From NCBI GenBank assembly GCA_010405405.1, contig MU004236.1:1494070-1558069 (forward strand): 64,000 bases of DNA, given 5' to 3'. Below are positions 53,173 through 64,000 of this stretch, piece after piece. The translations under genes and the position numbers were made by a program. How positions within the stretch are numbered: the stretch's first letter is position 1; every line of letters begins with the position of its first letter. The notes under the pieces were generated by a model that made no database searches, was not told the origin of the DNA, and was given only the letters and a program-made list of their open reading frames with translations. Origin of the DNA: Microthyrium microscopicum. Taxonomy: Eukaryota.

Positions 53173-54613
53173 CCGCACAGTGGCTTTCTACCTCGCAGCC
53201 TGATTTGACGCCATAGTACTGTCCAAGTCGACCCGAGAACTCGGGTGTCCCCCAAGTTACCAACAGCTACCTACCTGGGGTGAAAGTCTTGGCCATGTAT
53301 GAAATACATATGGTTAGATTAGTACCTGCAGCAGGCTCCACGAACTATCTGAACGTTGATCCTCTGCACAGGGGTTACAGTAATTTGATGGCGGTCAAGG
53401 TATGGGTCCGTCAATATTGAGTGGCTGTATTTTACAAGCCTGGGTGATTTGAAATGGTGATATCAAAGTTACTCTTCAAAAGATTACAAAATATGTTATG
53501 GGCATATCGGGTAACCTATCAAGAACGTTGTTATGGAATATGATATATCGCGCGAATTGTCTATCAACAACGGTGGCAGGATAGCTGGTCGCCAACGTGG
53601 GAGAACCATGCGACCTTCATCAGCGGTACATTGCAAGATCTTTTTAGCATTGGTCTTCTGATGTATTTTGGGCGCACGAAACATGAATAGCCAATATGCG
53701 ACCACAGCGATCACGTCGAAGAATAGACAAAATTAGCTACTGAGATCTATTTCTTGTCTGATAGGATTTGCTTCGAAACATAAAATCGCGCCCCCTGCTT
53801 CGAAACGAGCACATTGACTTTGACTTGCATATGTTTGACAGCCTTGTAAACTACCTACTGAAGTTGAAATGTTTATATTTATTATTGGCTTGAAACAACC
53901 GATCCGAACTTGTAGATATCATAACGTAGCCTTGACACTGGACATTTGCAGAGCATTTGAGCAACTTGGTGTTTGAGCGCGTCGGCTCCTCTCCGCCATA
54001 TAGTAGATAGCTTGCCGAGAAAAGAACGTATTGTTCGAATGATAGCTGTAGCGATGCGCTAAGTCGAGGGTTGTGGTCAGAATTATGTGGGGAAGAAGGA
54101 CAGAAGTTGCATTTTGATGTGGCCGTGGTGGCGTATTAATGCTCTCACCTGCATAATGCTTTTGTTTGTGATTGGCCAGGTGTTTACCCTGGCGTGCCTG
54201 GCGCTGTTCACCATGATCCTTGCACATGCCGCTTCCTGTTTAGGAAGTCATCTTTTTCCAGCCTTTTGTGTGCTTCCCCTCGCTGCAACTTGCTCATCAC
54301 GTCAAAGACCCGACACGGCGAGCTCCCATGACTTTGGCGGCATCGGTTGGCCTTGCATTCACCGTGGACTTGTCTAGTTTCCCGTTTAGACATCATTTTC
54401 ATTGTGCCGGGTCGTCGGGTCCTTGTAATAATGTGGAGCTCCTCCCCCACTGGTAACTGCCTTGACTGCCTACTGGTAGAGCTTGATGCGTGACCATTGA
54501 CCTGTGAATAAATAAATACCGCCTGCCGGGTCAACACGGTTTTGTCATTTGTTTCTTTCAAAACATCTTCAACCTTCTCACCAACTAAACACAGCCCTTT
54601 CAGAATAATCACC

Positions 54614-55412
54614 ATGGCACCAGTATCACGACTTGCTGCTAGCCTAGCTTTGGCCGCTCTCTTTGTAGCTCAGAGCTCTGCTCATTTCATTCTCAACTAT
54701 CCTCCCAAGTTCGTGCTCGTAGCCTCAATTGCGCTGCCTTTCAACTAACATATCAATTTAGTGTTGGATTTGACGAGGACAAGGAACCCACTGGCCCATG
54801 TGGTGGCTTCACCGCGGACTTCTCCAACACCACTGATTTCCATGTCGGCGGTAGCTCCATCCTTCTAACCAGCGCCCATCCCACCATCACCTTCCTATAT
54901 CGCGCTACCACAGACCAGACAGCAATGGGAAGCTGGCAAAACCTCCTGAACCCCGTGCAAGTCAACGGCCTAGGCTTCAATTGCAATCCCCTCGTCCCAG
55001 CTCCAGCCAACTTCTCTGGCAAAACCGGATTGATCCAGGTCATTGCTGACTCTCCCGATGGTATCTTGTACCAGGTATGAAAAGTCACGAACTATGCTGC
55101 GAACCACGACTAACTTCTTCACAGTGCGCCGCTGTCAAGTTCGTTGACGGAGCAGGCCCAACTGGTGGATCAAATGGTTGCACTAACGCTACTGGTGTCA
55201 CCATGTCATATGTTACCGACAGCAAACTCAACGTTGGAAGCAATAGCTCTTCTGTATCAGGCTCAGCGAGCTCCACCACCCCTTCTGCGGCCGCTTCTTC
55301 CACCAAGAGCTCAGCAGGCACAACAGTGGTGCCAATGACATACGGAGCAGTTGGTACAGTTGCATGGATCATGGCCATTGCTGTTGGAACTGGTGCTATG
55401 CGATTGTTGTAA
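54614..55412 (+). CDS. GPI-anchored copper-binding protein, BIM1/X325 (LPMO-like) family, 3 exons
   Basis: Signal peptide ending SSA followed by His1 (HFILNYPP), GFDED...PCGG, SAHP, DSPDGILYQCA, Ser/Thr-rich linker and hydrophobic GPI tail. Introns 54709-54761 and 55075-55123. Confidence 0.85.
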
Positions 55413-56409
55413 GATACGTCATGCTGAGGAATGCAAGCTAGTGTCAAAATGTAAATAGTACCGCCCGACATGTTTGTTAGGTGCTCAATGAGATTGAATC
55501 AAGGATGTATCTCAAATCGAGACTTTCTTAACAAATCCAAACATTATTTTTGGAAGTTTCCAAGGACTGGATGGGGCTAGAGCAGTAAGGATTGCGTGTG
55601 ATCTTGCCAGGGAGTATGTATGATCTCCTGTATCAGCGCTTGGTGTTGAATGCTACTCCCAGCAAGGAAGTGCTAAAGCCTGCTTCTCCAGGTTCATTGA
55701 AGAACGGTTTGCTTTTGGTACTGAATTGTATGAGATGCTTCGTTCTACAAGCTCAAGATATTCCTAATCACTAATAATGAGTGGTATTTTCCAACCCAAA
55801 CCGTGCATTTTCTTTATTGTCCGTCGATATCAATACCAAGCTAAGGTATTTCCATCACCAACGACTGGACAAAGAACGACTCTTTTCATGCAGCCTGACG
55901 CGGCATCCGAATAGCCGGAACAACCAAAGACTCGCGTTTCCCCAACCTGCCTTGCCTGCATGCACCGTCCGACAGAGCTTGGAGAAGGTGGCAAGCAAGG
56001 TGAAAAAATCCATGGTTTTGAAGGTCGTCACGGTCGTCAAAAAAGAGGTTCAAAAAGACCCTTGCTACGGGCGGATTGTTTAATTGGAAGAAACGTGCTC
56101 ATTTTTATGCCGCTAAGGTACCGCGTGCATGGACTGCCGTCGTCCAAAGCCTGGCTGCCTGGGGGTGCGCGACGCCACAAAGCTCACTGTTGGTTTCAAC
56201 GCTTCTGCGGCCTTTCGCTCTTTTACCCACCTTCCATTCGATCCCAAGGACTTGTCTGGCGGGGCCTGGCCTAAATTTGTCAGTGGGCATGAGTTGGTTT
56301 TGCTGGTTTGAGATGGGCAGGTCGACGAGTGGAATGCAAAGGATGGAGGTGTGTGTGGTGTCGCGGATCTTCCCACTTCCCACGCCGCTTCCGATGTAAC
56401 GAAGAATAA

Positions 56410-56417
56410 TGTGCTCA
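56410..56417 (+). promoter_or_regulatory. Candidate Mac1 copper-response element TGTGCTCA
   Basis: Exact TGTGCTCA about 240 bp upstream of the reductase ATG; variant CGTGCTCA at 56094-56101. Confidence 0.45.
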
Positions 56418-56651
56418 ACATCCTCACGTTACCGCTTACCGGCCTGAATATCCACTTCACAATTGATTTGAGTTGTGCTTTCTTAATTCTCACTACTATC
56501 TTTCGGGTTTAATCTTGTTGGTTATGTCACCTGCCTTGCAACTGTCATCTTACAACCTCCTTCAGTGACTGCCCACTTCAAATCCTACTGCCCTTGCTAC
56601 ACGTCCCAGCGTCCGACTACTAGGCAAACGATATCACACAATTACTTCAAG

Positions 56652-58857
56652 ATGGATATGAGCGGACTGATGGCGGGTGGCATGGACATGACGGTATGAG
56701 AACTTATTGCTATCGAACTATCAAATGACTAAGACTTTCAGGGCGCGTCCATGTTCCAACCGCAAAATATATTCATATCGCATCTATTCTGGTATCTGAT
56801 AACGGCGGTCGTCACCGTCGGACTAATAGCAAACATATGGCAAAGGGTAGACTCAAGGCTAAGGTTAGTTCTTGTTACAAATTTCGCCTATGTTGTCTCT
56901 CATGCGAAATAGGAAGCGCGCCGCCATAGCTGGGACTTCAATGAGGCATCCATCTGTGCCGACTAACGCAGTAACACAAGCTTATGCTACCGTGAGAACA
57001 ATTTTCAGAGAACTCTCATATCCCCAAGGTCTCTACATCACTCGACCTGGATTTCAATGGCTCAGTCCACCAACAGTTGGACAAGGTCTTACCATTTTGG
57101 CTTACTGGATCACCATTACTGTAATGCTCACTACGAATTCCATTAGTCCCAAGTCCGATCCATATTACTTTGAGCGCATTGGATTTCGAGCAGCCTGGGT
57201 ATCAGTCATGCAAATCCCTTTGATTGTTCTTATCGGTGGAAAGGTCAACATCGTTGGCATTCTTATCGGATCATCATACGAACGACTAAACTGGCTTCAT
57301 CGATGGATCTCGCGGACTATCATCGTTACAATCGCATGTCATGCCGGTTTCTTCCTTCGTGAATGGATTCGCGCAGACTTCTTGGCCACCGAGCTTGCAA
57401 TGATGCCCATGGTAAAGTATGGCATGGCCTGCGGTGGTCTCATTCTCTGGATGAATATCAGTGGCTTGGCACCCATTCGACGCCGATTTTACGAATTCTT
57501 CGTCCTACAGCATCTAGCATCGATTGGCGCTCTGCTATATTGCCTTCACACTCATGTCCCGTCCTATGCCATGTTTTACATTTGGATGGCTATTGGCTTC
57601 ATTGCCTTTGACAGAGGCGTTAGAAGCATCTGGGTGGTTTATCGTAACATCAGAATACGGTCAAAGACAAGCCTTGCCCTGGCAGACCGCATTGGCTACA
57701 GAACTGAGATCCACGCTCTACCCGGCGAGACAACCAATGTCGTTATTAAGAACGTCCCTTTCACCTGGTCACCAGGTCAGCACGTCTACATCTGGATCCC
57801 ATCTATGGGCTTCATTGAAACTCATCCGTTCACGATATCCAATATCGCCACTGAGAACTCAGATGGTCTTACACAGAGCGCCGGATACCAGTCGTCAAAT
57901 GGTGAACATCATGCTAACCTTCAGATTCGAGCACATGGCGGTTTCTCTCGACGTCTCCACAACCTCGCGAAACGACATGCAACGGATTCTAAACCATATG
58001 AAGTCCGTTCGTTCATCCAAGGCCCCTTCGGCACCCATCCTACATGGAACACATTTGAGACTCTAGTCCTCATCTCTGCCTCAACTGGCGGCTCGTTCAC
58101 CCTCCCTATCATGGAATCCATCCTCGCCGACCCCTGTTGCGTACGGAAGTGTCATTTCGTACTACTAGTCCGCGAATCGCCACAATGCTCCTGCTATCTC
58201 CACCGCCTCCGTGCCATCGCCCGCGCATCCAAGCACCCTAACCTTACCGTCTCAGTCCACGTTGCTGTCACAGGCGAGAACAACGAGGGTGAAGCATTCG
58301 AAGGCGATTTGGCTGGCCGTTGCTGCTGTGGAAACGACGTAACCGGATCTGGCTGTGTCTGTGGCTCAGATAAGACTGCTAAGCGCATTAGTATCGCCAG
58401 CAGTTCAGATGAAGACAGCACCGCGGAACAAATCGGTCCCGTAGCGAGCTGTTGTGCTCCAGTAGTTGAGGAAGAGCAGACAGAAAGCTGCTGTGCTCCA
58501 GCCAAAGAAACTGCTACCACAACGGTGGTCAATGAGAAGACTGGCCTAGAGCCAACGATTACAGCAACGTCGAAACCTCTCTCAATGTCTTCAACAGACA
58601 CAAAAATGCCCACGATATCACTATACGGCACGGCCACTCGCGATGTCAACTTTGTGGCCAGACGACCCCTCCTTTCGCACACCATCCGCGAAGCTGTAGA
58701 AGCAGCTAGTGGTGAGACATGTGTGGTAGTATGTGGCGGCAAAGAACTCTCCGGCGATGTAAGGAACGAAGTCGTCAAGCTCTCAGACGAAAGAGCAGTA
58801 CATAAGGGCACAGGCGCACAAGGCATTGCACTTTGGGTCGAAGAGTTTGGTTTCTAA
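56652..58857 (+). CDS. Ferric/cupric reductase (FRE family), 3 exons
   Basis: Exon 1 MDMSGLMAGGMDMT; heme histidines LHRW...H and FFVLQH...LHTH; FAD motif HPFTI; QGPFG; ISASTGGSF; CGG; C-terminal EEFGF. Confidence 0.92.
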
Positions 58858-59046
58858 AGTTTGATATATCCCACATTTTACTCATTCACGAATGTAATAT
58901 GATTCCTTACTCTCTCTTCCCAAAAACACACCTCCCCCATCACAATAACACATGAACACGGACAGCTCCACCAGCAACGAAATCTGGCCATCCTTTCTCT
59001 GCACCTCAACCACAACTAGCATCCAAAAAAACATGGAAACCACAAA

Positions 59047-59310
59047 CAAAAATTAACGCACCTCCAGCTTGCGCTGGAAGTGCGTTTGTAAAAAGCCTAT
59101 TACGGCTTTTTTAGTCCCCATCTATTATGACTCGCGGGGGGTTCGAACATGAGGTCTCGAGGGGGGCGGAGGATCGGGACCAGCAGCTCCTCCCACGGGT
59201 CCCTCCTAGAGGGAGGGAGGAAAGACTGGCCAAGACGGGTTAACTATGGGTTAGTCAGCTTGGGGGAGCCAGGCAGATACCGCTGTGCCAACAACTCCCC
59301 CAACTGTTGA
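59047..59310 (-). ncRNA. Candidate structured non-coding RNA of unknown class
   Basis: GC-rich intergenic island with four hairpins whose mismatches are G-U pairs on the minus strand, a GCAA tetraloop, and AAUUUUUG directly after the last hairpin. Confidence 0.5.
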
Positions 59311-59657
59311 AGAGGAATTGCGCTGAAATAAAATATATACTGCTTGGGCGCTGCTTTCGGGACAGTCATACATCTTCACTAGATACTGTACCCAACTGTT
59401 TTGGAGGGTTTATATCGAATGCAGGGAATGGAATTATAATGGGATTTAATTATTGGATAAGGCTGAAATTCAGCCTGATGGTTGGAATTATGAGATGGTG
59501 GTCTGAGAGAAGTAATTTGCGGGCTTCGGTTACCATACGCGAACAAAATAAACATTAACATAAAGCAAAACCAATCCCTTCTATCTAATCCAATGCGATG
59601 TCTAACCTCTATGTACTCAAATCCTGGTCATATCAAACGACTGTACCCACTATGGAC

Positions 59658-61534
59658 TCAAGTCCCCTTTTGCTCGTTTCCAGCACCAATGTATTTGTTG
59701 ACTATCGTGGCAGTAGGTGGCCCTGGGACAATCTTCTGGGTAAAAGAGGCTATTTTGAAGCCGCCAGGTTGAAATCGCTGGAAGATACCATTGGGATCGT
59801 ACTTCAAGCTGACACCGACCATACGTTCGTTGCTCTCTGTACCGTATGCTCTGATGGGGTTCTGGAACTTTGCTGCATAGTTGAGATAAATGAAGCGTGA
59901 AAAGACGCCAGCATCATTGGCTTTCCTTTGCGCCTCCTCAAACAAGTCGCGCGCAGCTTTCTCTACGACATTGTCATGACTGGCTGAATTGTAGGCCACT
60001 GTCAGCAGTGCTAGAGTGGTGTCTGGCGCATTTTCGAGGCCAAGAGAGTTCCCACCCTCTGATTTTGCCTTGGCTAGTGTGCCCTTCGATAAATGTTGGA
60101 ACGATAAGGACCACTGGAGTCCAGATGTGACGGCATAGGCAATGTCAAACTGCTGCTTGGATATTTGGTATACTGTCTCCATGAAGGATGCTGAGTTTTT
60201 GAAAGTGAATGACATGAATAGTTGACGTCTACCTTCTCCGCTTAGTACTTTGAGTTCTTGGGAAAAGCTGGTAGTATTTGATATACGTCCAGTGTTGTAT
60301 ATGGCGGTTTGAAGCATAGGTTGGAGTATGGCGGGCTTGGCCTCGTTCTTCGTGTACTGGAAGTTTGCTGTTCCAATTGTCATTGGAGTTCCTAGGATTC
60401 CCATTGAGTTGAAAGTCAAGATAACATGCGCATACGGATCACCAGTCCTGATAAGTCCTTCGTACCAAGACATCATTTTCGGTCGGTCCGAGTCGACAAA
60501 GGTAGTGTTCAGAATAGCAAGTCCACCGTAGTATGGGCCTTGTTCGAATGTCTTCAAGTCAAATCGGGTTACGATACCAAAGTTTCCAGATCCTCCTTTC
60601 AATGCCCGAAAGAGGTCCGAATTTGCGAGACTGTTGGCGTTTACAATTTCGCCTGAGGCGAGCACAACCTATTGCAATCGTCAGATGAAGCTTATGACCT
60701 GCTGCCCAGACCTACCTGAAAGTTGACAACATTATCGCACACAAATCCATATCTCGGCGTAAAGAATGATATTCCGCCGCCAGTCAACAAACCGCCTACG
60801 CCAACGTTGGCAACTCTGCCCGCTACAACCCCCAAGTTTTTAAGATCTAGCTTGGCGAAAATATCTCCCCATCTGTTTCCTGGGCCCACTCTGACTACAG
60901 ACTCGTCCGACCATAAGTTGATTTGATTTAAGCCAGAGAGATCAATGGTCACGCCATCAGCGATATTATTCGCCGTAGGTATCGGAGAATGGCCTCCACT
61001 TCGAATAGCAAATGGGCACTTCCCAGTTCCAATATTCGCGGCGGATATTGTTTTCATTATTGTCGAGACATCTTGAGTCGAGTTTGGCTGAACGAAACAC
61101 GATGGTTGTATATCGCGATTCTGCAAGGCCCAGAAGAAGGACAGTTGACGATTGAATGCCTGAGAGTTGTAGATGGTTCCTTGGGTGAGGACTTTGCCAG
61201 GTAAAGCAGTAGATAAGGAGTTGCACTGCAAGGATTAAGATTTAGCAAACGATGGTCTCGACAATGCTGGTGAACTTACACATGCTATCAATGCTGTACC
61301 TGCTGCTTCCCCAGTCGTTGATCTGTTAGCTCCAACATTTTCATGACTCAACTCGCTAGTTGTGGATTCAGTTTGACTGAAACCACCGGATTGAAGCTGT
61401 GACAAGAGAAACAATGGGTCATGAATTCTCTCTTCTCTTTGGGAAGCTGTTGTTGAGCTTGAGGTTTCTGTATCACACTGAACTGCTGTCAGTCGTAGCA
61501 GCGCATACAGCGCATAAAATACTTTCGAGCGCAT
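59658..61534 (-). CDS. Secreted FAD-linked oxidoreductase (VAO/BBE family), 3 exons
   Basis: Signal peptide, FAIRSGGH flavinylation motif, VGVGGLLTGGG, DLFRALKGGSGNFGIVTRFD, YLNYA, KYDPNGIFQ. Confidence 0.92.
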
Positions 61535-63075
61535 ATTCGAAAACTAGAACAGCTTGGAGCAGAGCATAGCGAACCCGTAATGACTGTGTATGGCGCGATA
61601 AGCCGTGTTAAAAGGGCAGTACTTTCTACGAGTTATGCCGTATCTGAATGTCCAAAAATTTATGCTAGGATAGTACGATCTCGTCTACAAATTTATTATG
61701 CAGCCGCATAATAGATTACCGAAGCAATAAGAATCTGTGAGCCTCTAATAAATGTTCAAGATTTTGCAATAATAGATCTGACTTTTATAGTTCACACGTC
61801 TCCTGGTTACGCGTGGTGGTAACTTATTTTGCTGTCAAATGGTAGCGTGTCCGAAATGAGATCTCCATTGAGCGAATCGGGAACAATTGCGGACACGTTT
61901 GATTGCTTCATTTAGTAGACGCCGGCCCGTTTTGGCTGGAGCAGGTATGTAGGGTGGCTCTTGCTCGGCACGGTCGCGGATATGCCCTCGTTATTCTGGT
62001 ATAAAAGAAGTAAGTACCGTACTTCTAAATGGTATCTTGCGAGAAAACGAGAAAACGAGGAACCAAAATGAGCGGATATCGCAATAGTGGGATAATTTTG
62101 CTGGCCAAACTGGCGAGGTTCGACACAGTTTCTTGGGCGAAATCCATTAACTTCTGTCAGTGTTGAGGCCAACAACTTTGATGGACGCGGCTTCATGGTG
62201 TGCTTGACGCTTTGCAACAATATAAGGCAGCTCTGGAATCGCAGTCTACTGGTGCAGCTATTTGAGCCCGAAACCTTGTTCAAACTGCTCTCTGCCGGCA
62301 TGTCGCTCCCGTCTATCTGTCAAAATAGCGACGGGACACCGAAAGAATAGAACTCTTGAACCTAGAATCTATGGAAGTACGTAGGACATAGTATGATCGA
62401 AGCCTAGACGACTGGTCGGCCAATAGGTCTCCTGTGTATCAGAGACTTGGCCAGCACATCCTAGTCCTACAAGGCTGAGACCTGAGAGTAGCGGAATAAA
62501 GGGAGGATATCCGTCCACAGATGATCGGGAAGGTTTATCAGCCAGGTTCTTTGATTAGCAGTCGGACTTTCGCTCTCCTCCAACAAACTTGGTCTATTGT
62601 GCAATAACCGAACATATTTGGTAAGTCGAAGGACTCCGAATGATCTCGGAAAAAACCTTGTTATAGGATTCAGGTACAAATGAAGATATTTCAGATGTCC
62701 ATGCCTCCGGGGCTGAGTTATATTGAGAAATTCTCGGGCCGCGATAGCGTCCAAGTTTCACAAAGAGCTATTCCAGGAGGGTAGCCATGGCTCTGGATTT
62801 TCCTTTGGTCACCACTAGCTTAGATATTGCCTGTATATATTATCTTGGAAGCTCAACAGGGTAGCTCGTTGCTTGAGAAGAAGCAACTTGTAGTTCATTG
62901 ATGTCACAGCAGGACCCCAGTGCATTCAAAGGTTTAGTACTTCCCGCCTCGACATTGTGATGCACAATGATAGCATATCATCGCTCGACTCGCGCCTTAC
63001 CAGTGTCAAGAAGGACATATGTAGTTGCGGGCGGCAACCCTTTTGCTCTTTTCACTCAAGAGGACTGCGTACATT

Positions 63076-64000
63076 ATGAGCAGTCCGGAAATTCCTTTAC
63101 CAGCTAAGATATCGAAGGTTAGCCTGTACGTGACGACATGGACACTCTTTGCAGCTGCTACGGCGTTTTTCGTCTCCAGGCTGGCTATTAGGATCAAATT
63201 TACTGGAAGTCTATGGGTTGATGACCTCTTGGCTGGATTTGCTCTGGTTCTGCTGCTGGTCAACGCGCTTCTAATCACAGTCATGGCGGACGATATGTAT
63301 GCTACGCTGGCTCTCTCAAATCTTGTCGGGTTAGGTGCTCTCAACAAGCAGAAAGACTTCTATGATACGGTTTCAACCTACATGAAACTGCAATTCACAG
63401 AGATGGTGGTTTTCTGGACGTGTTTGTGGTAAGATTAACTCCTGGATGCCATGCTATTCTTGACCCCAGACTACCTTCAGTTTCTGATGATTACATACTG
63501 ATCAAGCTCAGGATGGTCAAAGCTAGTTTCTTGTCTTTCTTTATACGGCTCACAACTGGACTGCCATTGTACCGAAGGATATGGTATGCAACAGTGGTTC
63601 TTACTTCTGCTGGCTATATCGCGGCAATGATCACATATCCGCTCTCATGCTCCTCATTCGTACCAAGTGAGTTCCCGATTGGAGAGCAACCACGTTCGAG
63701 CCAATTCCAGGGACTAACGTGAATAGTGGAATGCGAAAATGATAGAAGCGTAAGGCTGTCATTACTATCACTGCGGGTTAGTACCGCCCTAGATATCGCC
63801 TCAGACCTGGCCATAATATGTCTCCCGATGTCTCTCGCATTCAAAGGTATATTCCATATCACCACTGGAAGAACCATAGTAACTGTCGTACAGTGCGTCT
63901 ACCCCTTCGTTCAAAATTCGCCCTCGCTGGAATATTCTCCATCGGCTTTCTCATCGTCGCCATGGCCATGGTCCGCATCATAATAACGAACAACGACATC
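63076..64000 (+). CDS. PTH11-like (fungal rhodopsin domain) membrane protein, 3' end outside the window
   Basis: SRLAIRIKFTGSLWVDD, FWTCLW/MVKASFLSFFIRL, LDIASDLA; GT..AG introns. Confidence 0.75.

Noticed and set aside
59088..59110. SRP RNA 5' end or U5 loop (GCCGUAAUAGGCUUUUUAC on the minus strand)
   Set aside because: Only a partial resemblance; no SRP helix-8 motif follows and the invariant U5 GCCUUUUAC loop is not matched.
59130..59300. tRNA gene suggested by GTTCGAAC and TGGCACAGCGG
   Set aside because: No T-stem, acceptor stem or anticodon arm can be paired.
61912..62754. Minus-strand ORFs between the FAD oxidoreductase and the PTH11-like gene
   Set aside because: No recognisable motifs or coherent splice model.

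Overview
This window is intron-containing DNA from a filamentous ascomycete (Pezizomycotina-type GT-AG introns with CTRAC/CTAAC branch sites, plus RIP-mutated repeats), so the ORF track fragments most genes. About 20 protein-coding genes can be supported: a TeaR-like CAAX polarity receptor, an RNF126-like RING E3, RRG7 with AT-hooks, a multi-exon hypothetical, a PHO84-type phosphate transporter, a Zn2Cys6 transcription factor, an MME1-like mitochondrial carrier head-to-head with the IRC3 helicase, the giant HECT ligase TOM1, two PTH11-like membrane proteins, BLOC-1 subunit 1, two tandem Myb-like paralogues, an F-box-like protein, a BIM1/X325-like copper protein next to a ferric/cupric reductase, and an FAD oxidoreductase. 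Mobile and repeated DNA includes a complete but RIP-destroyed 3.44 kb Mutator element with a 9-bp TSD, two TA-flanked MITEs, a foldback element and several minisatellites. The most unusual signals are an unannotated, strand-specific structured RNA candidate (59047-59310, minus strand) with an Sm-like 3' end and a telomerase-template-like core, and a putative Mac1-regulated copper-uptake gene pair. All calls come from reading the sequence by eye; no searches were run and exon boundaries are approximate.
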